IMG/VR virus record: IMGVR_UViG_3300021400_000219
Coordinates: 1 to 57,969 of that record
Strand: one strand, 5' to 3'
Origin: a virus
Length of the DNA stretch: 57,969 nucleotides
Under the pieces are notes generated by a model. That model did no database searches, was not told the DNA's origin, and was given only the letters and a program-made list of their open reading frames with translations. The position numbers and the translations under genes were made by a program. The first letter of the stretch is position 1; every line of letters starts with the position of its first letter. Positions 15,474-28,728 of this stretch are shown piece after piece.

Positions 15474-18203
15474 ATGGCTGAAACTCCAAATACCAAATAT
15501 TCATTTGCTAATAGTAATTCATTTGAGAATAAAAATATTAAATTTTTATCTGGTACTCAAACTGATTTAAATAAATATTTTTTAGGAAGTGGAGATCTTA
15601 AATCTGGAACAGCAGTAGAAGGTGCTTTTTATTTAACACTTGATACTCATAGATTATATATTGGAAGAAAAATTGACGATAATGGAGTAGCTAAAGTTAT
15701 TCCAATACCAGTTAATGAAGGTATTTAGGCTGTAAGTACTATTAGTAATTTGCCTAATAGAAATGAAGCTAATGCAGGAGAATTTTATTATATTAATAGT
15801 GATAATATTTTAGCTATTTATAATGGAAAAGAATGGGTGCAAATTAACCCTGATACTGATAATACTGTTGAGCTAACTTCTTTAAATATTAGCGCAGGAA
15901 AAACAATTAATGGTACTTATACAAAAGCCACTACTTATAATAGTGGAGAAACTTATTACACATATAATGGAACAATGTTTGAAGAAGTTACTACTTCTAA
16001 TGCAAATAATTTAAATTCTTATTATATTTGTGACTCTTTAACAGATGGTAAAACTTTAATTTATACTATTATGGCAAAACAATCTAAATCAGATAAAGAT
16101 GGAAATATAGATTCAACTTATTTAAATTCTTCTAATTCTTCTATCTTATCTTATTTAGTAATTCCAATTTCTGATTTAACTGGTATTAGTAAATTAGGTA
16201 TTACAAATACTGCTATAAATAATAATTCTACTTCAGTAAAATTAGATGGTGAATTTGCTGATAATACTAAAACTATTACTATTACTGGTGGTAATGGTGT
16301 TACTTTAGAAGGAAATGCTTCAGAAATAAATATTAATAGCACAACTTATAATTTACAAAAGGCTCGTAACACTTCTTAGAATGCTACTATTATGTTATCT
16401 GATAATAACTCAACAGGAAGTGGCTCAGTTGAAATTGTCGCTGGGGAGTCTTTAAATTTAACATCTGATGATTAGATTGCTAATAATCAAATTATAATTA
16501 ATCATAATGCACCAGGTAATTCAGTTAGCGCTTATCAAATTACACCAGATACTATTGCTATTAGTGGAAAAAATTATTATATTTATAATAATGACACTGA
16601 TAATTATGAATTAGTTAATGATTTATCATCTGGAGCTACGTTAGGTAATTTAACTACTTATTATGAGCTTGTTAATACTTATGGAAATAATCCAACTGTA
16701 TTAGCAGATGGTGCAACTGTTCGTATACCTTCTATTCAAATAGATAATAAAGGACATATTAATCATATTAATGATATAGGAGTTACATTACCTTCAGCTG
16801 TTAAGGTTTCTAGTATTGCAGCTGGAGTTAATGGATCATTAGTTTTAACAAATAATGATACTACATCAGCTAGCGCACCAAATGAAACTTTTTATTATGA
16901 TATTACTATTGATGGTGAAACTGTTAGAAAAGTTAATCAATCTGACTTAGGTAGTTTTTATAGTGCTAATAAAATTGATAAATTAATTAAAACAGAATTA
17001 CAAGGCTTAAACGCCTTAGTTTATAAAGGAGTTCTTCAAAATGCTGATTCAATGCCTACTGTTGTTAGCGTTGGAGATACTTATTTAATTGGTGATGGTC
17101 TTGATGATTCTATTTTAGTATTAAATGGAAGTTCACAAACTGTTTAGTCTGGAGATTTATTAATTGCTAACGGCAATGAATATATTTTAAGTACTGATTC
17201 TAGTGTAGATGATAATAAAATTTATTATACACAAGAAACAGTAAATGGTGAAGTAGTTTATAGAAGAGTTGATGTACCAACTGGTGATCCAAGTTATTAG
17301 GGCTATTATGAAAATACTGGTATTATCAATGGAACCGTTACTTGGACTTTGGTTAAATCTGGAGATATTGATACTACTTATAGTTTATTTTTTAATCCAA
17401 ACTCTACAACTAATACAGCACTTATAAGTTTACAAGATAGTAATTCTACCAGTCAAGGTTAGGTTCGTTTTGTTGGTGGTAACTATATTTCAATAGATAC
17501 TTCGGGTTCAGCTGCTAATAATGGAACTATTGTATTTAATCATATTGAATCTGACCTTATTACATCTACTGCAGCCAATGTAGCTATTGGCCCAACAGCA
17601 AATAATATAACACAGCCTTTAAACTCTGAAAGCACTTTTAATGTTCCTACTTTAACAGTAGATAGATATGGTCATATTACTGCTGGATCTAATGTAACTT
17701 ATAAATTACCTTTAAGTAATAGTTATTCTTATAATTTAACTAATACAACTGCGGCAACTGGAACACCCCAGTATGATACTACTTTAAGATTCTGGAGAGA
17801 TAATGATAGTTTAGAATCTTCGATAACTTTTATAGGAGATCTTTAGAATGATGGTGGAATCAGTGTTGCAGCAAATACTAGTACTATTGAAATTAAACAT
17901 AGAACTCTTACTTTAAGTACTGCTAATAATACTACCTCTATTGCACCAGGTGGCAGCTTTAGTGTTTTAACAAATATTGCTACCGATAAATATGGGCATA
18001 TTACAAATGCTGCTTATACAGAATTTACATTACCAGCATATAAATTAAATAATTCTTATGATTCTAATACTCATACTATTACAACTTCATTATATGATAC
18101 ACAATCTAGTAGTACAGTTGCGGGCAGTGCAATTATTAAATATACAAGTGATACTTTAAATATTAGTTCTACTGCAACTGGCGATATATATACTTATTCT
18201 GTT
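15474..18203 (+). CDS. Long tail-fibre protein (about 909 codons) with repeated ...YGHIT... modules
   Basis: AAAGGAG ribosome-binding site plus ATG at 15474. I verified frame 0 codon by codon from 16380 to the TAA at 18201-18203. Repeats such as VDRYGHITAGSNVTYKLP, TDKYGHITNAAYTEFTLP and IDNKGHINHINDIGVTLP are present. Confidence 0.6.
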
Positions 18204-18240
18204 AATTTAGAATGGGAAGATTTTAATTAAAAAATAATTT

Positions 18241-18278
18241 AAAAGAGGGATATAAAAATATTTTATATTCCTCTTTTT
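18241..18278 (+). terminator. Rho-independent terminator hairpin after the tail-fibre gene
   Basis: agagggatat / atattcctct form an inverted repeat of about 10 bp with one mismatch around an AT loop, followed by ttttat. Confidence 0.55.
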
Positions 18279-18297
18279 ATAGAAAGGAGATTAGTGC

Positions 18298-21200
18298 ATG
18301 AATCAAGAGGTTTTTTAGCCAGTGAGAGGAACTGAATCTTCTATTCTCGCTCAAACTCCTCAAAAGGGGTATGTTTATTTTGCTATAGATACTAAAAAGA
18401 TTTTTTATAGTGATGGTGAATCTTTTTTACCTATGGGAGGTAATACTGGTGTTTGGTATGGATTAATGCAATATGCAGAAACACCAGAACCTACTCAAGT
18501 TGAATTTGATTTTTCAATAGATGAAATTGAAGGTAATCAAGATATTAGCGATGGAAAGTATAATGTTCCTAATTTAGATGATTTAATTTTTAATACTCCT
18601 GATGGATGTTTTTATAGAGTTAAAGAAATAGATTACGATGGTGAATCTCCTTTATTACATTGTAATAAATTAACTGTTTCTGGAGGCGGTGGCGGTAGCG
18701 GCTCTGGAGGAGGCGGAGGTTCAACTGGTTCTATGACAGTTTCTCGCTTAGGTGATTAGACAATTAATACATTACAAGGTAATGATTGCTTCATTAAATA
18801 TAAATTTATAGCAACTGATGCCTCAGGAGAAGAAACTGGTCCAGGAACAGCTTCTTTATATGTAAATGGTACATTGCGTGCTACTTTTGTAGCTTAGCAA
18901 GGAGAAAATGAAATAAATGTTGGACCTCATTTAATTGTAGGGTCTAATAGTATTCGTTTAGTAGTTAGTGGTAGTATTGGTGGTACAAGTAATATTCAAT
19001 AGTCTAAGAATTGGACTATTATTTCTACCAATTTAACAATTACATGGAATTATGATGAAACTACTATTAATACTGGATCTAATATTACTTTTGATTGGAA
19101 AGTTTCTATTTCTTTACCACATACTACATATATTTTAGTTGATGGTATTTATCCTATTTCAATTCCTTCTGTTGATAATTAGTTAAATAAAACTTATACA
19201 GTTTCTCGTGAACAATATTATTTAACTCATGGTAGTCATTTAGTAACTATGTATGCAGAAGCAGAAATAGGTGGAACTGTTTTTAGATCTACTCCAGTTT
19301 CTCATACTATGATTTGTGTAGATTAGGGTGAAGCAAGCACTATTATTAGTATAAATTTACCTAAAGATACCGTAGATTAGTATGATACATTAACAATTCC
19401 TATTATATTTTATAACCCAGCTACAGCTGGTTCTAGTAATAAAGTTTCAGCTACTTTGAGAGAAGATGGCGCAGATGTAGATATTTGGCAAGACTATGAA
19501 AATGCTAAAATTTATGAATGGAATTATACTCCAACTACTCCTGGTACTAAAACACTTTCTATTTTAAGTGGTACTTCTGAAGAAGTATTAACAATTAATG
19601 TTAATGATTTAGGATTAAGTACTTCTGAAGTAAGTGGTTATGATTTTAAATTTAAAGCCAGTGATATTATTAGTAATAATGCTTTAAAAAATTGGTCTTT
19701 TGATCGAGAAGTTGCCTCATCTTATAATGTAATTCATGAAACTATTATTCCTTCATTTTCAGAAGAATTTGATTGGGTAAATGGTGGTTTAAAAAGTGAA
19801 TTAGATGATAAAGGTAATCGTAGAAATTTTATTAGCATTAAAGCAGGTAATACATTATCTTTTAATTATGCTCCATTATCTAATACTAGTAAAACAAAAG
19901 GTTTTACTTTAAAAGTTATTTTTAAAGCTACTGAATGTAGAGATTATGATGCAACTATTTTAAAAATTGGTGATGCATTAGAAGGCGATGGAGTTTATTT
20001 TAAATTAAAAGCAAATGAAGGAATTTTTAAATCTAATAACTCAATAATTACAGTGCCTTATTGTGAAAATTCTTATATTGAATTTGAAATTGATATTTGG
20101 CCTAGTGAAAATAATCAAGGTTCTTATTTGATGACTTGGATTGATGGTGTTCCAGCTAGCGCTTCTAGGTATGAAAGTGATGATAACTTTTATCAAGGTA
20201 ATCCTAAAAATATAGTTATTGGTTCAGATGATTGTGATGTGTAGATATATCTATTAAAGGTGTATCAAAAACATTTAACAGATGAATAGCATTTAACTAA
20301 TTTTATTATGGATGCCCCAAATGCTATTGAAGTTATTTCTAGATATAATAGAAATAATATTTTAGATGATAATGGAGAAATTTCATATACTAAATTAATT
20401 GAAAAAAATCCTGATTGTGATGTTTATTTATATGAAATTCCTAAAATGACACAAACTAAAAAAGATAAAGTTAAAAATTGTACCTATATGCGTTATAAGG
20501 GTAAACGCAGAGGAGAAATTGCCCCTTGGCAGACTGCAGATGGTGTAACAATGGCTGTTTAGGGTACCTCATCTGCGGCTTATGGATTAGCAGCTTTTAA
20601 TTTTAATTCCACCTTTACAAAAGGATTTATAGATTATTCTCATTCAGATGAAGGAGAACATATTGATAATTGGGCCATGGATGAAAATGCAATTCCAATT
20701 GATGATTATAATACTAAAGTAAATGTTGCATCTTGTGAATGCGTTAATAATGCTTTAAATCAAGAGTGGTATGAAAGATTAGTAAATCATGTTTATATTA
20801 CAGAGTATAAATAGAAAAATCCTAAATCTCGTCATACTATGCAATTTATGAATATGGGTGTTGTATTTATTAAAGATAATAATCCAGAAACTTAGGCTAA
20901 CAATACTGCGGATAATGTTTTTAAAGATACTCCTGGTTATATTTAGAACCCATTTTATAAAATGTATTCTGCGTGTAATATGGGAAATATTAAACGTAAT
21001 GAGGGCGTTTTCTCAGATCCATCTAATCCATATGATGTTATAATGGAAAATCCAGATAACCAATCAGTTTATTAGCAAATGACTGGTCGTGTGGAGTTAA
21101 ATCCAGATACTGGAAAGTTAGAATTATATGGAGAATGGGAAGATACAAAGTTCTATCCATATGTAGATGCTGGTGACTTTATTGAAACAAAAGATTCTCG

Positions 21201-24200
21201 AGCACAAGCTGGGAAAACTTACTATGCACGAGTGGAGGTTAATGGTCAAGTCAATTATTCTCCTGTAGATGTTACTGCAGAAGTTGTGGGAACAGACGTT
21301 TCTACTTATTATGAAAAAGATAATGATGAATATATTTTAACCTCTGATGTTGTTGCTCAAGCTAATAAAACTTATTATAATCGTTCAATGCAAAATGATG
21401 AAGAAGTTTTTACTGAAGTAACAGATATCATTTTGCCAGTAGAAGGTTCTAATGTTAAAAATTATTATGAACAAGTTACTACTCGCACAAAAAATGCAAC
21501 TGAAGTATTTGAATGGAGAGCGACTCCTGATAATGCCTGGGCTACTATTTTAGAAACTCGCGGAGTAGATATGCAAGCTGAGGCTCGTAAAGCTTGGACA
21601 GATTTAGTAGCATGGTTTGCTATTAATAATCCAAATGCCGCAACTAATGAATTACTTCCAGAGCCTGTCACTTATGGTACTTATACTTTCAAGGGTTATA
21701 CTTCACGTGCAGATAGATTAGATATCAATGGTAATCCTATGCCAGTACATGCTTAGGGTAAAAATGGCGTACCTAAATCTATTTTGGCAGGTTTAGCTAT
21801 TTCTGATTATAATGGTACATATACAAGAGATACAAAAGAATATCGTATGGCCAAAATGTTACATGAATGTGAAGACCATTTAATTATGGATGAAATTGTG
21901 TTCCATTATTTATTTATAGAGCGTCATGCTTTAATTGATAATGTTGCAAAAAATACATTCTGGCATACAGAAGATTTATAGCATTGGTCTATGATTAAAG
22001 ATTATGATAACGATACTTCGGATGGTAATGACAACTCTGGCCATTTAACTTTAACCTATGGTTATGAGGTTTTAGATCATGTTCATCATGACCCTCGTGA
22101 ATCATTTGTTTTTAATGCTTCTTCTTCAGTTTGGTTACATTTTATTGAAGGTTTAATGCCTGCACGTGTTCGTGTGTATTAGGCTTTAGATACAAGTGAA
22201 ATTGCGGCATGGGACGCAGAACCTTATTTAAATATTTTTAATGAATGGCAAAGTAAATTACCAGAAAGAGTTTGGATTGAAGATTATTATAGAAAGTATT
22301 TGCGTCCATTAGAAGTCTATAATGCTACTCAATTCTTACCGATGTTAGAGGGCGGGAAAAAGACATATCAAAGAAAGCAGTTTGAAACATATCAAGAGGC
22401 TTATATGTCTTCTGAATATTTTGGAAGAAAATGTCAAAGTTCTTTAATAGATATACGTGCTAATGGTAAAGATATTTATGAAATGAAATTTCCTATAAAA
22501 ATGTATGCAGATTGTTATATTCGTGCTGCCGCAGGTTCTGGTCATGATCCTAATGTCCGTGAAAGATATAAACGTGGTGAAATAGCGCAAATATCTTTAC
22601 CAGTTCGTGGCGATGCCAATGATATGACAACTTATTTTTATTTAGCTCATTATATTACTTCTTTGGGTGGTATTGAATAGTTAAAACCTAAAAAAGTAGA
22701 TATTAGTGCAGCCTATAGATTAAAAGAATTTTCAATGACTACTATTGGTGATGAATCTTATTTTGTTAAAACAGAAGATTCTTCTATTGTTGATGGTAAG
22801 AAATATTATATACCTACATATAATCCAGTAGCATATCCAGAAGAAGAGAGTTTAACAGTTTATTATGAAAAAAATATAAATAATGAATATGTTCTTACTC
22901 AAGATTCAGCTATAGACACAAGTAAAACATATTATATTTTATCTTCTTATTCATTAGTTAGTGAACCAACTGTTGCTAATTTATCTCAATATTTTGAAGA
23001 AATTATTTCTGGATAGAATTTAAATTTAACCACAGCGTCATTTAAAGCAAATCGTATGTTAGAAAAATTAGTAGTACAAGATTGTCCTAATATTGCTAAT
23101 TCATTAGATTTGTCAGCTTGTACTAATTTAAAATATTTAGATATTAGACGCAGTGGTTTTACAGGTATTATTTTAGCTTCTAATGCTCCTACTGAAACTT
23201 TATTATTAAATGATCCAACTACATTATCATTTAATAATTTATCAAGAATTAATACATTTGAAGTTGGTTATTCTCGTTTAAATACTTTATTTTTAAATAA
23301 CATTGATAATAGTCCAGGTTTAAATAGTAAAACATTAGTATCTGGCGTTACTTCTCAAACTGATATTATTTCATATAATAATTAGGAAACTTAGAGACGC
23401 AGATTATTAAATTATAATTTATAGAATATACAATGGCAATTAAATGATGCAAATGATATTGATTCTAATTTAAATATAAAATTATTAGATGAATTATTAA
23501 ATCAAGAATTAAGTACTCCTTATTCTGGTGATAGTAAAATTCCTTTCTCTTAGGGATTATCAGGTTCTTTAATAATTAATGAAAATGCTTACTCTGGATC
23601 TGAACCATTAACTATTTATAATAAATATGTAAAACAAGATGTATTTCCTAATTTAGATATTATATTTACTGCGAATAATTCTAAATTATATAATATTTCT
23701 ATTTTAGATGGTAATGGTTTAGAAATTTGGCGTAAAAAAGCAGCTTCTAATTATACTATTACTAGCACATTTTTATCTTCTGGACCATTAGGTTCTTATT
23801 ATGATTTAAATGATGTTACAGTTAAATTACCAACTGCTTCACACACTTTTACATTTACTAATACTTGGTCTATTACAGATGCAGATACTGGCGTAAATAT
23901 TGGAATTATTAATAACGCAGAACCTATTTATAATACTCCATTATCTCAAAATATTATTATCACTCCTATTTTTAATGAAGAAATTCGTTAGTATACCGTT
24001 AAATTTATGAATGGTGATTCAATTATAAATTAGGATAATTTATTATATGATTATGGAACAAAAATTAATACTATTATACCTTCTATTATTCCTAGTAAAA
24101 ATGATGATAATTTAGATATTTATGAAACATATGCATTTTTAGGTTATTCGTTAATACCAACTGCTACTACTGCTTTAACATTTACAGATAAATTCGAAGT

Positions 24201-25059
24201 TAATGCAGATTTAATTTATTATGCAGTTTATACAGATGTTATTAATACTAAAAATTCTATTAATGTTAATTATGATAATTTTAATTATAAATTAGAATCT
24301 GCGGGATATGTAGATAGTAAAGATAGTTCTTTTAATATTACTACTGGATATACAATATCACCTAAATAGGGTTTGATTTTAACTGGTAAAATTACTATTC
24401 CAGCTTATTATAATGGATTACCTATTATTAATATTACAGGTTTTGGATCATCTTAGTCAGCTACTGCATCTACAATTCAAAGAGAAATAAAAGGTATTTT
24501 CTTTGAGGAAGGTACTAAAATTAGAGTTTTTGATAGTGGTGCTTTTGCTAATATGCCTAAATTAAAATATTTAGAGATTCCTGATAGTGTTCGAGAAGTA
24601 GGATCTAGGGCTTTATAGAATACTAATTTAAAATTAACTGATACAAAAAATAATAAAATTTATTATTTAGGTTCTGAGACTAGTAATATTTATAAACTTG
24701 GTACATAGGCTTTTTCTAATTGTATTGATGGTGATTGTGAAATTTTATATATTGCACCTTCTATTTCACAATTTGAATTAGCACAACCTACAGACTGCGT
24801 TTTTGGTAATTTTAATTCCGCACATAGTTTAACTACTATTTATATTGGTTATGAATACACTCCTTCTTAGTTAGATACTTCTAATTTAGAGAGACATCCT
24901 TTTAGATTAAATCCAAATTTACCAAGCACTTTATAGCAAGTATGTTTATATATTCCTAATGGAAAATCCATAGATGGATTACCATCTTGGATAAATCCTT
25001 ATTGGTATGATACACGTTATCAAGTAGATGTATTAAGTGTTAAATATGCTTCAATTTAA
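18298..25059 (+). CDS. Giant multi-domain ORF (about 2253 codons if TAG is sense). It has an N-terminal region with a Gly/Ser linker, a lectin or jelly-roll-like segment, a higher-GC enzymatic-looking domain and a C-terminal BspA-type leucine-rich-repeat region
   Basis: AAAGGAG ribosome-binding site plus ATG at 18298. Ten consecutive track ORFs (18322, 19456, 20308, 21079, 21784, 21991, 22300, 22735, 23056 and the stop before 25084) are all in frame 1. I read every junction and found only TAG. The first TAA is at 25057-25059. This could still be more than one protein if TAG terminates in some contexts. Confidence 0.5.
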
Positions 25060-25083
25060 TGTAATAAAGGAGATAAATAAAAT

Positions 25084-25299
25084 ATGAAAAAATCTATTTT
25101 ATATGAATATTTAGGAACTAATGGTATAATTCGTTCAGGGGTGTTTTTAGAAGGAATTTATTCAATTAAAAAAATAAATTTAATTGCAGATGTTGGAAAA
25201 CAATTAACTAAAGATAATAAAACTTTTTGTTTTTCTGTTATAGTCCCAGAGAATGAAGTATCTGAATGGTATGAAGTTCCGGTCAAAAATAATTAATAA
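25084..25299 (+). CDS. Small hypothetical protein (70 aa)
   Basis: AAAGGAG ribosome-binding site plus ATG. Matches track ORF 25084 and ends at a TAA TAA double stop. Confidence 0.5.
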
Positions 25300-25325
25300 A
25301 TAAATTTTATTTTTAAATACAATAA

Positions 25326-25359
25326 AAGAGTGAGAGAGTAATATCTCTCTCACTCTTAA
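25326..25359 (+). terminator. Perfect 12-bp inverted repeat hairpin (agagtgagagag / ctctctcactct); terminator or RNA-processing site
   Basis: Direct reading. The downstream tail is AT-rich but not a clean U-run. Confidence 0.4.
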
Positions 25360-25387
25360 TATTATAAAGAAAGGATGAAACTACTGA

Positions 25388-27673
25388 ATGATTACTTATT
25401 TAGATAAATCTAATGCGTAGAAATATCATATCCTTTTTGATAAAGCCACAAAATTATTAAAATCAGCGGCTCCATCAGAATTAGAACAAAGTTTTCCAGC
25501 TAATTTTACTTGGGATAATTTTAAAATTGGTTCTTTAAATGAATACTTTGGTTATTTAGATCATATTTTATTGGCAGCTGCGGGTGGCAATAGTCAAAAT
25601 TTAAATACTGATTAGACTCGTTTTTATTTAAGATTACCTTTAGATGAAGATATTTTAGAAATTAATGCAGATACTCGTGAAATTACTGTTCCAAGAGCAT
25701 TTGCAAATCAAGGTATTGGAGTTCAAGGTGATGAATTAGCAGAAACTTTATATTTCACTATTGATAGATTCTTTGATCATAAGGATTTAGCAAATAATGA
25801 AATGCAAATCGCTATTTAGTGGGAAATAACTCAAAATGGAGAAACTGTTTAGGGTATTAGTCGTAACTTTGGCAAAGATATTGAATCCATTCCAGGAAAA
25901 ATTATTTTTGGATGGAATATTGGTAGTGAATTAACTCAAGATTCAGGCACTATTCGTTTTGCTGTGCGTTTTTATGAAGTTAATTCTACAACTCATAAAT
26001 TTGTTTATAGTTTAACAACTTTACCTGCAATGGTGGTTATTCAACCAACTTTAAACTTTGATGTAATTAATGAAGTTATTATAGATAGAAGTAATGATGT
26101 AACTAGTAATATTCATACTTCTGGTATTTATGATGTTGGTATTCCTTTACCAGCAGAACCAATTATTACATCTGAATTAAAAGTAGTATCACCAACTCCT
26201 AATGTTAATGCACCTCGTATTATTGATTTAGATTCTAATAATGAAGTTAAATTAAGTATCGGCGCTTAGCCTGGAGATAATGGTATTATTACTTACGAAT
26301 GGAAATCTCGTTTATATAATTCTACTTAGCAAGATTATGAATAGTCTTGGATATTTAATGATACTATTAATAATAATGCTGTAGAAGATTATCAAGAAAT
26401 AACTACTACATTAAATCCTGATTTTATTTATTATATAAAAGATATTGATTCAAACCCAGCAACTTATAGTCTTTTAAATTTTGATTTATTAGAAGAACCT
26501 TATGAATATAGTTCAGTCGTTGTTGGCTATGATGATGAAGAAAATGAAATTTATAACTATGGTTATAAAAAAGCTGGAACAGAAGCTGATGTTATTCAGG
26601 TGTATGAAAAAGTAAATATTGCAACAGTTACTGCTGCTGGCAAATATACTGTTGATATTAATGCTCGAACTTTAGTTAATACAACTCCTAAACACTTAGA
26701 TGATTCTTTAACTATTACAGTTCCTGCTCCTCGCGCACCTATTATAACCATTCCTGATAATTATAATGTTACTGGAGAAGGAAATAATCAAGAAATTCAT
26801 TTTGTTTTTGAAAATACTAATGATACTATTAAATTAGTTCCTGAATCTATTTTAGGAGAGGCTGCAGAGGGATTAACTGAAGCAGAGGTTGGAGATTATC
26901 AAAACAAAGTAACTTCATCTTATTAGTGGCAAAAACGTTCTGGAGAGTCTTCTTGGAATGATATTACAGAAACAGTTGATGATATTGTAACTGTAAAATC
27001 AGATTTTGATAGTTTTATTGATTTTGATACTAGCAATAATCAATTAACAATTAATTCTTTATCTTCTGAAGAAACTATAGATGATTATTATCGTTTTATA
27101 GTAACTAGCGTTAGAAATGGAGTTAGCAAAGATAGTATTTCTGCTCCTTATCGTATCACTAATGCACCTAAAAAACCAGTATTAGGTTTTATTGACGGCT
27201 CTAATTTTAATGAATAGAATTATCAATCTTCTAATTCTGGAAAAACTCAAAACTTTATTAATGGTAAAGTTTATTCTATTGATATAAATGCTTCAGCAGA
27301 TATTCCTTGGGAAAAATTAACTTATATTTGGGTTAAATCTAATATTGAATTAGAAGATGAAAAATCTAATATTGTTGATTTACCAAATACAATTAATGGA
27401 TCTACCGCGATTGAAGGTTATGAAATTGCTGATATTAAAGCAGCTTTATTAAAAAATGAAGCTGATTCTGAAAACCCTGTTAATTTTAATCCTTATAATG
27501 GTAATGACACAATTGTTGCTTCTGGTCAAGTAGACACTAGTGTTTTAATGAATGGTAGAGCTTATCAAGCAGGTTTTACATGTACTAATACTGGAAATTA
27601 TTATTGTATTATTATTAATGAAGTAAATAATCATATTGCGGTTAACGTTAGTCCATATATTGCTATTGTTAAT
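25388..27673 (+). CDS. Virion structural protein (about 761 codons)
   Basis: GAAAGGATG ribosome-binding site region plus ATG near 25388. Frame 2 continues through track ORFs 25964 and 26600. I verified it codon by codon from 26924 to the TAA at 27671-27673. Confidence 0.55.
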
Positions 27674-27700
27674 TAATCCATTTAGAAGGAGGCGTTCTAA

Positions 27701-28285
27701 ATGGTCTTTAAAGATTTATTGAGAGAAATTTCCAACGCAGCTATTAATACTACAATTACAGCTAATGTTCCAAGTAATAAAAAATTATATACAGTTGATT
27801 TAAATAGTCGTTCTATTGATAGTCCATCTATTATATCTGTTGAAAATGAACATTATGCTGAAACTGTTTACTTTTTAATTGATCGTTTTTATGGTAATAT
27901 GGATTTAGCTTAGACTAATTGTGTAATTAATTATGTAATTATAGATTCGGAAGGCAATGAAAAATATTATACTTATGAAGTACCTTATTGCGATTGTCGT
28001 TCTATGGAAAATAAAATTATTTTACCATGGTGTATTTCATATTTAGCTACTTAGTCTTCTGGAATAATTAGATATTATATTTCATTTTATTTAATGAATG
28101 AAGAAAATAAATATACTTATAAATTAAATACTACAATTGCTTCTAGTCAAATATTAATTACTTTGCCTAGCGATGTCCTTTATGAAGATGAAAAAATTTT
28201 AAAAGATGTTCCAACTCGTGAAGTAATGATTAATCAATTTAATCAAGCTATTGAAGCTGCGCAAATATTTTGGATTGATGTTTGA
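27701..28285 (+). CDS. Hypothetical virion protein (194 aa)
   Basis: GAAGGAGG ribosome-binding site plus ATG at 27701. Frame 2 runs through track ORF 28094 to the TGA at 28283-28285. Confidence 0.55.
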
Positions 28286-28334
28286 CAATTATTAATTTTT
28301 ATGTTAATATAAAATAAAAAGGAGTTCTATATTT

Positions 28335-28556
28335 ATGTTAAGAGTTGATTCTAAAAATGTAAATTATAGTGCGGCCAGTGTTATTAATACACAAGAAGAT
28401 AGTTCTCAAATTGCATATTTTAATGCAAGTAAACATAATGAAAGATGTGATATTTCAATTAATATTGAAAATATTACTACTTATCTAAATAATTTAACTA
28501 TTTTTGAAAATGATCTATCAGATTTTCTTGTTGAAGTAACTTCCACAAATGATTAA
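28335..28556 (+). CDS. Small hypothetical protein (73 aa)
   Basis: AAAAGGAG ribosome-binding site plus ATG. Matches track ORF 28335 and ends at TAA. Confidence 0.5.
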   Translation: MLRVDSKNVNYSAASVINTQEDSSQIAYFNASKHNERCDISINIENITTYLNNLTIFENDLSDFLVEVTSTND

Positions 28557-28580
28557 TTATTTTTCAAATATTTGCTTTAA

Positions 28581-28680
28581 AAATTTTGAAAAGTGATTTT
28601 TGTTTTGGCGAGCGGTTAGGAGGGTCCTGGCCGGCCGCTTTATAATATGCGCGCACGTGTGTGCGTGCAAAATTTTCAAG
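28581..28680 (+). ncRNA. Candidate structured RNA or regulatory element (copy 1). It comprises a conserved 22-nt box, AAAAATTTTGAAAAGTGATTTT, followed by a GC-rich segment with two hairpins
   Basis: This is a GC island in an AT-rich intergenic region. The hairpins are AGCGG...CCGCT and an 8-bp stem GCGCGCAC-gtgt-GTGCGTGC containing one G-U pair. It is a paralogue of 52972-53076 and sits immediately upstream of a strong terminator. No tRNA cloverleaf can be drawn. Confidence 0.3.
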
Positions 28681-28728
28681 GGAGAAAGATATATAAAAAA
28701 TATTTTTCTCCCTTTTTTTTTATATTGG
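28677..28728 (+). terminator. Strong rho-independent terminator
   Basis: AAGGGAGAAA ... TTTCTCCCTT stem followed by a T9 run. Confidence 0.7.

Noticed and set aside
12010-16342. Minus-strand track ORFs (12010..12201, 13495..13710, 13943..14242, 16151..16342) inside the + strand structural genes
   Set aside because: They are low-complexity, Leu/Ile/Lys-rich antisense translations of AT-rich coding DNA. They lack a ribosome-binding site, and they overlap convincing + strand frames.
28600-28680. GC-rich islands read as tRNA genes, i.e. candidate suppressor tRNAs
   Set aside because: I could not find an acceptor stem with T-arm geometry, or a CUA anticodon loop in the correct context, in either orientation.
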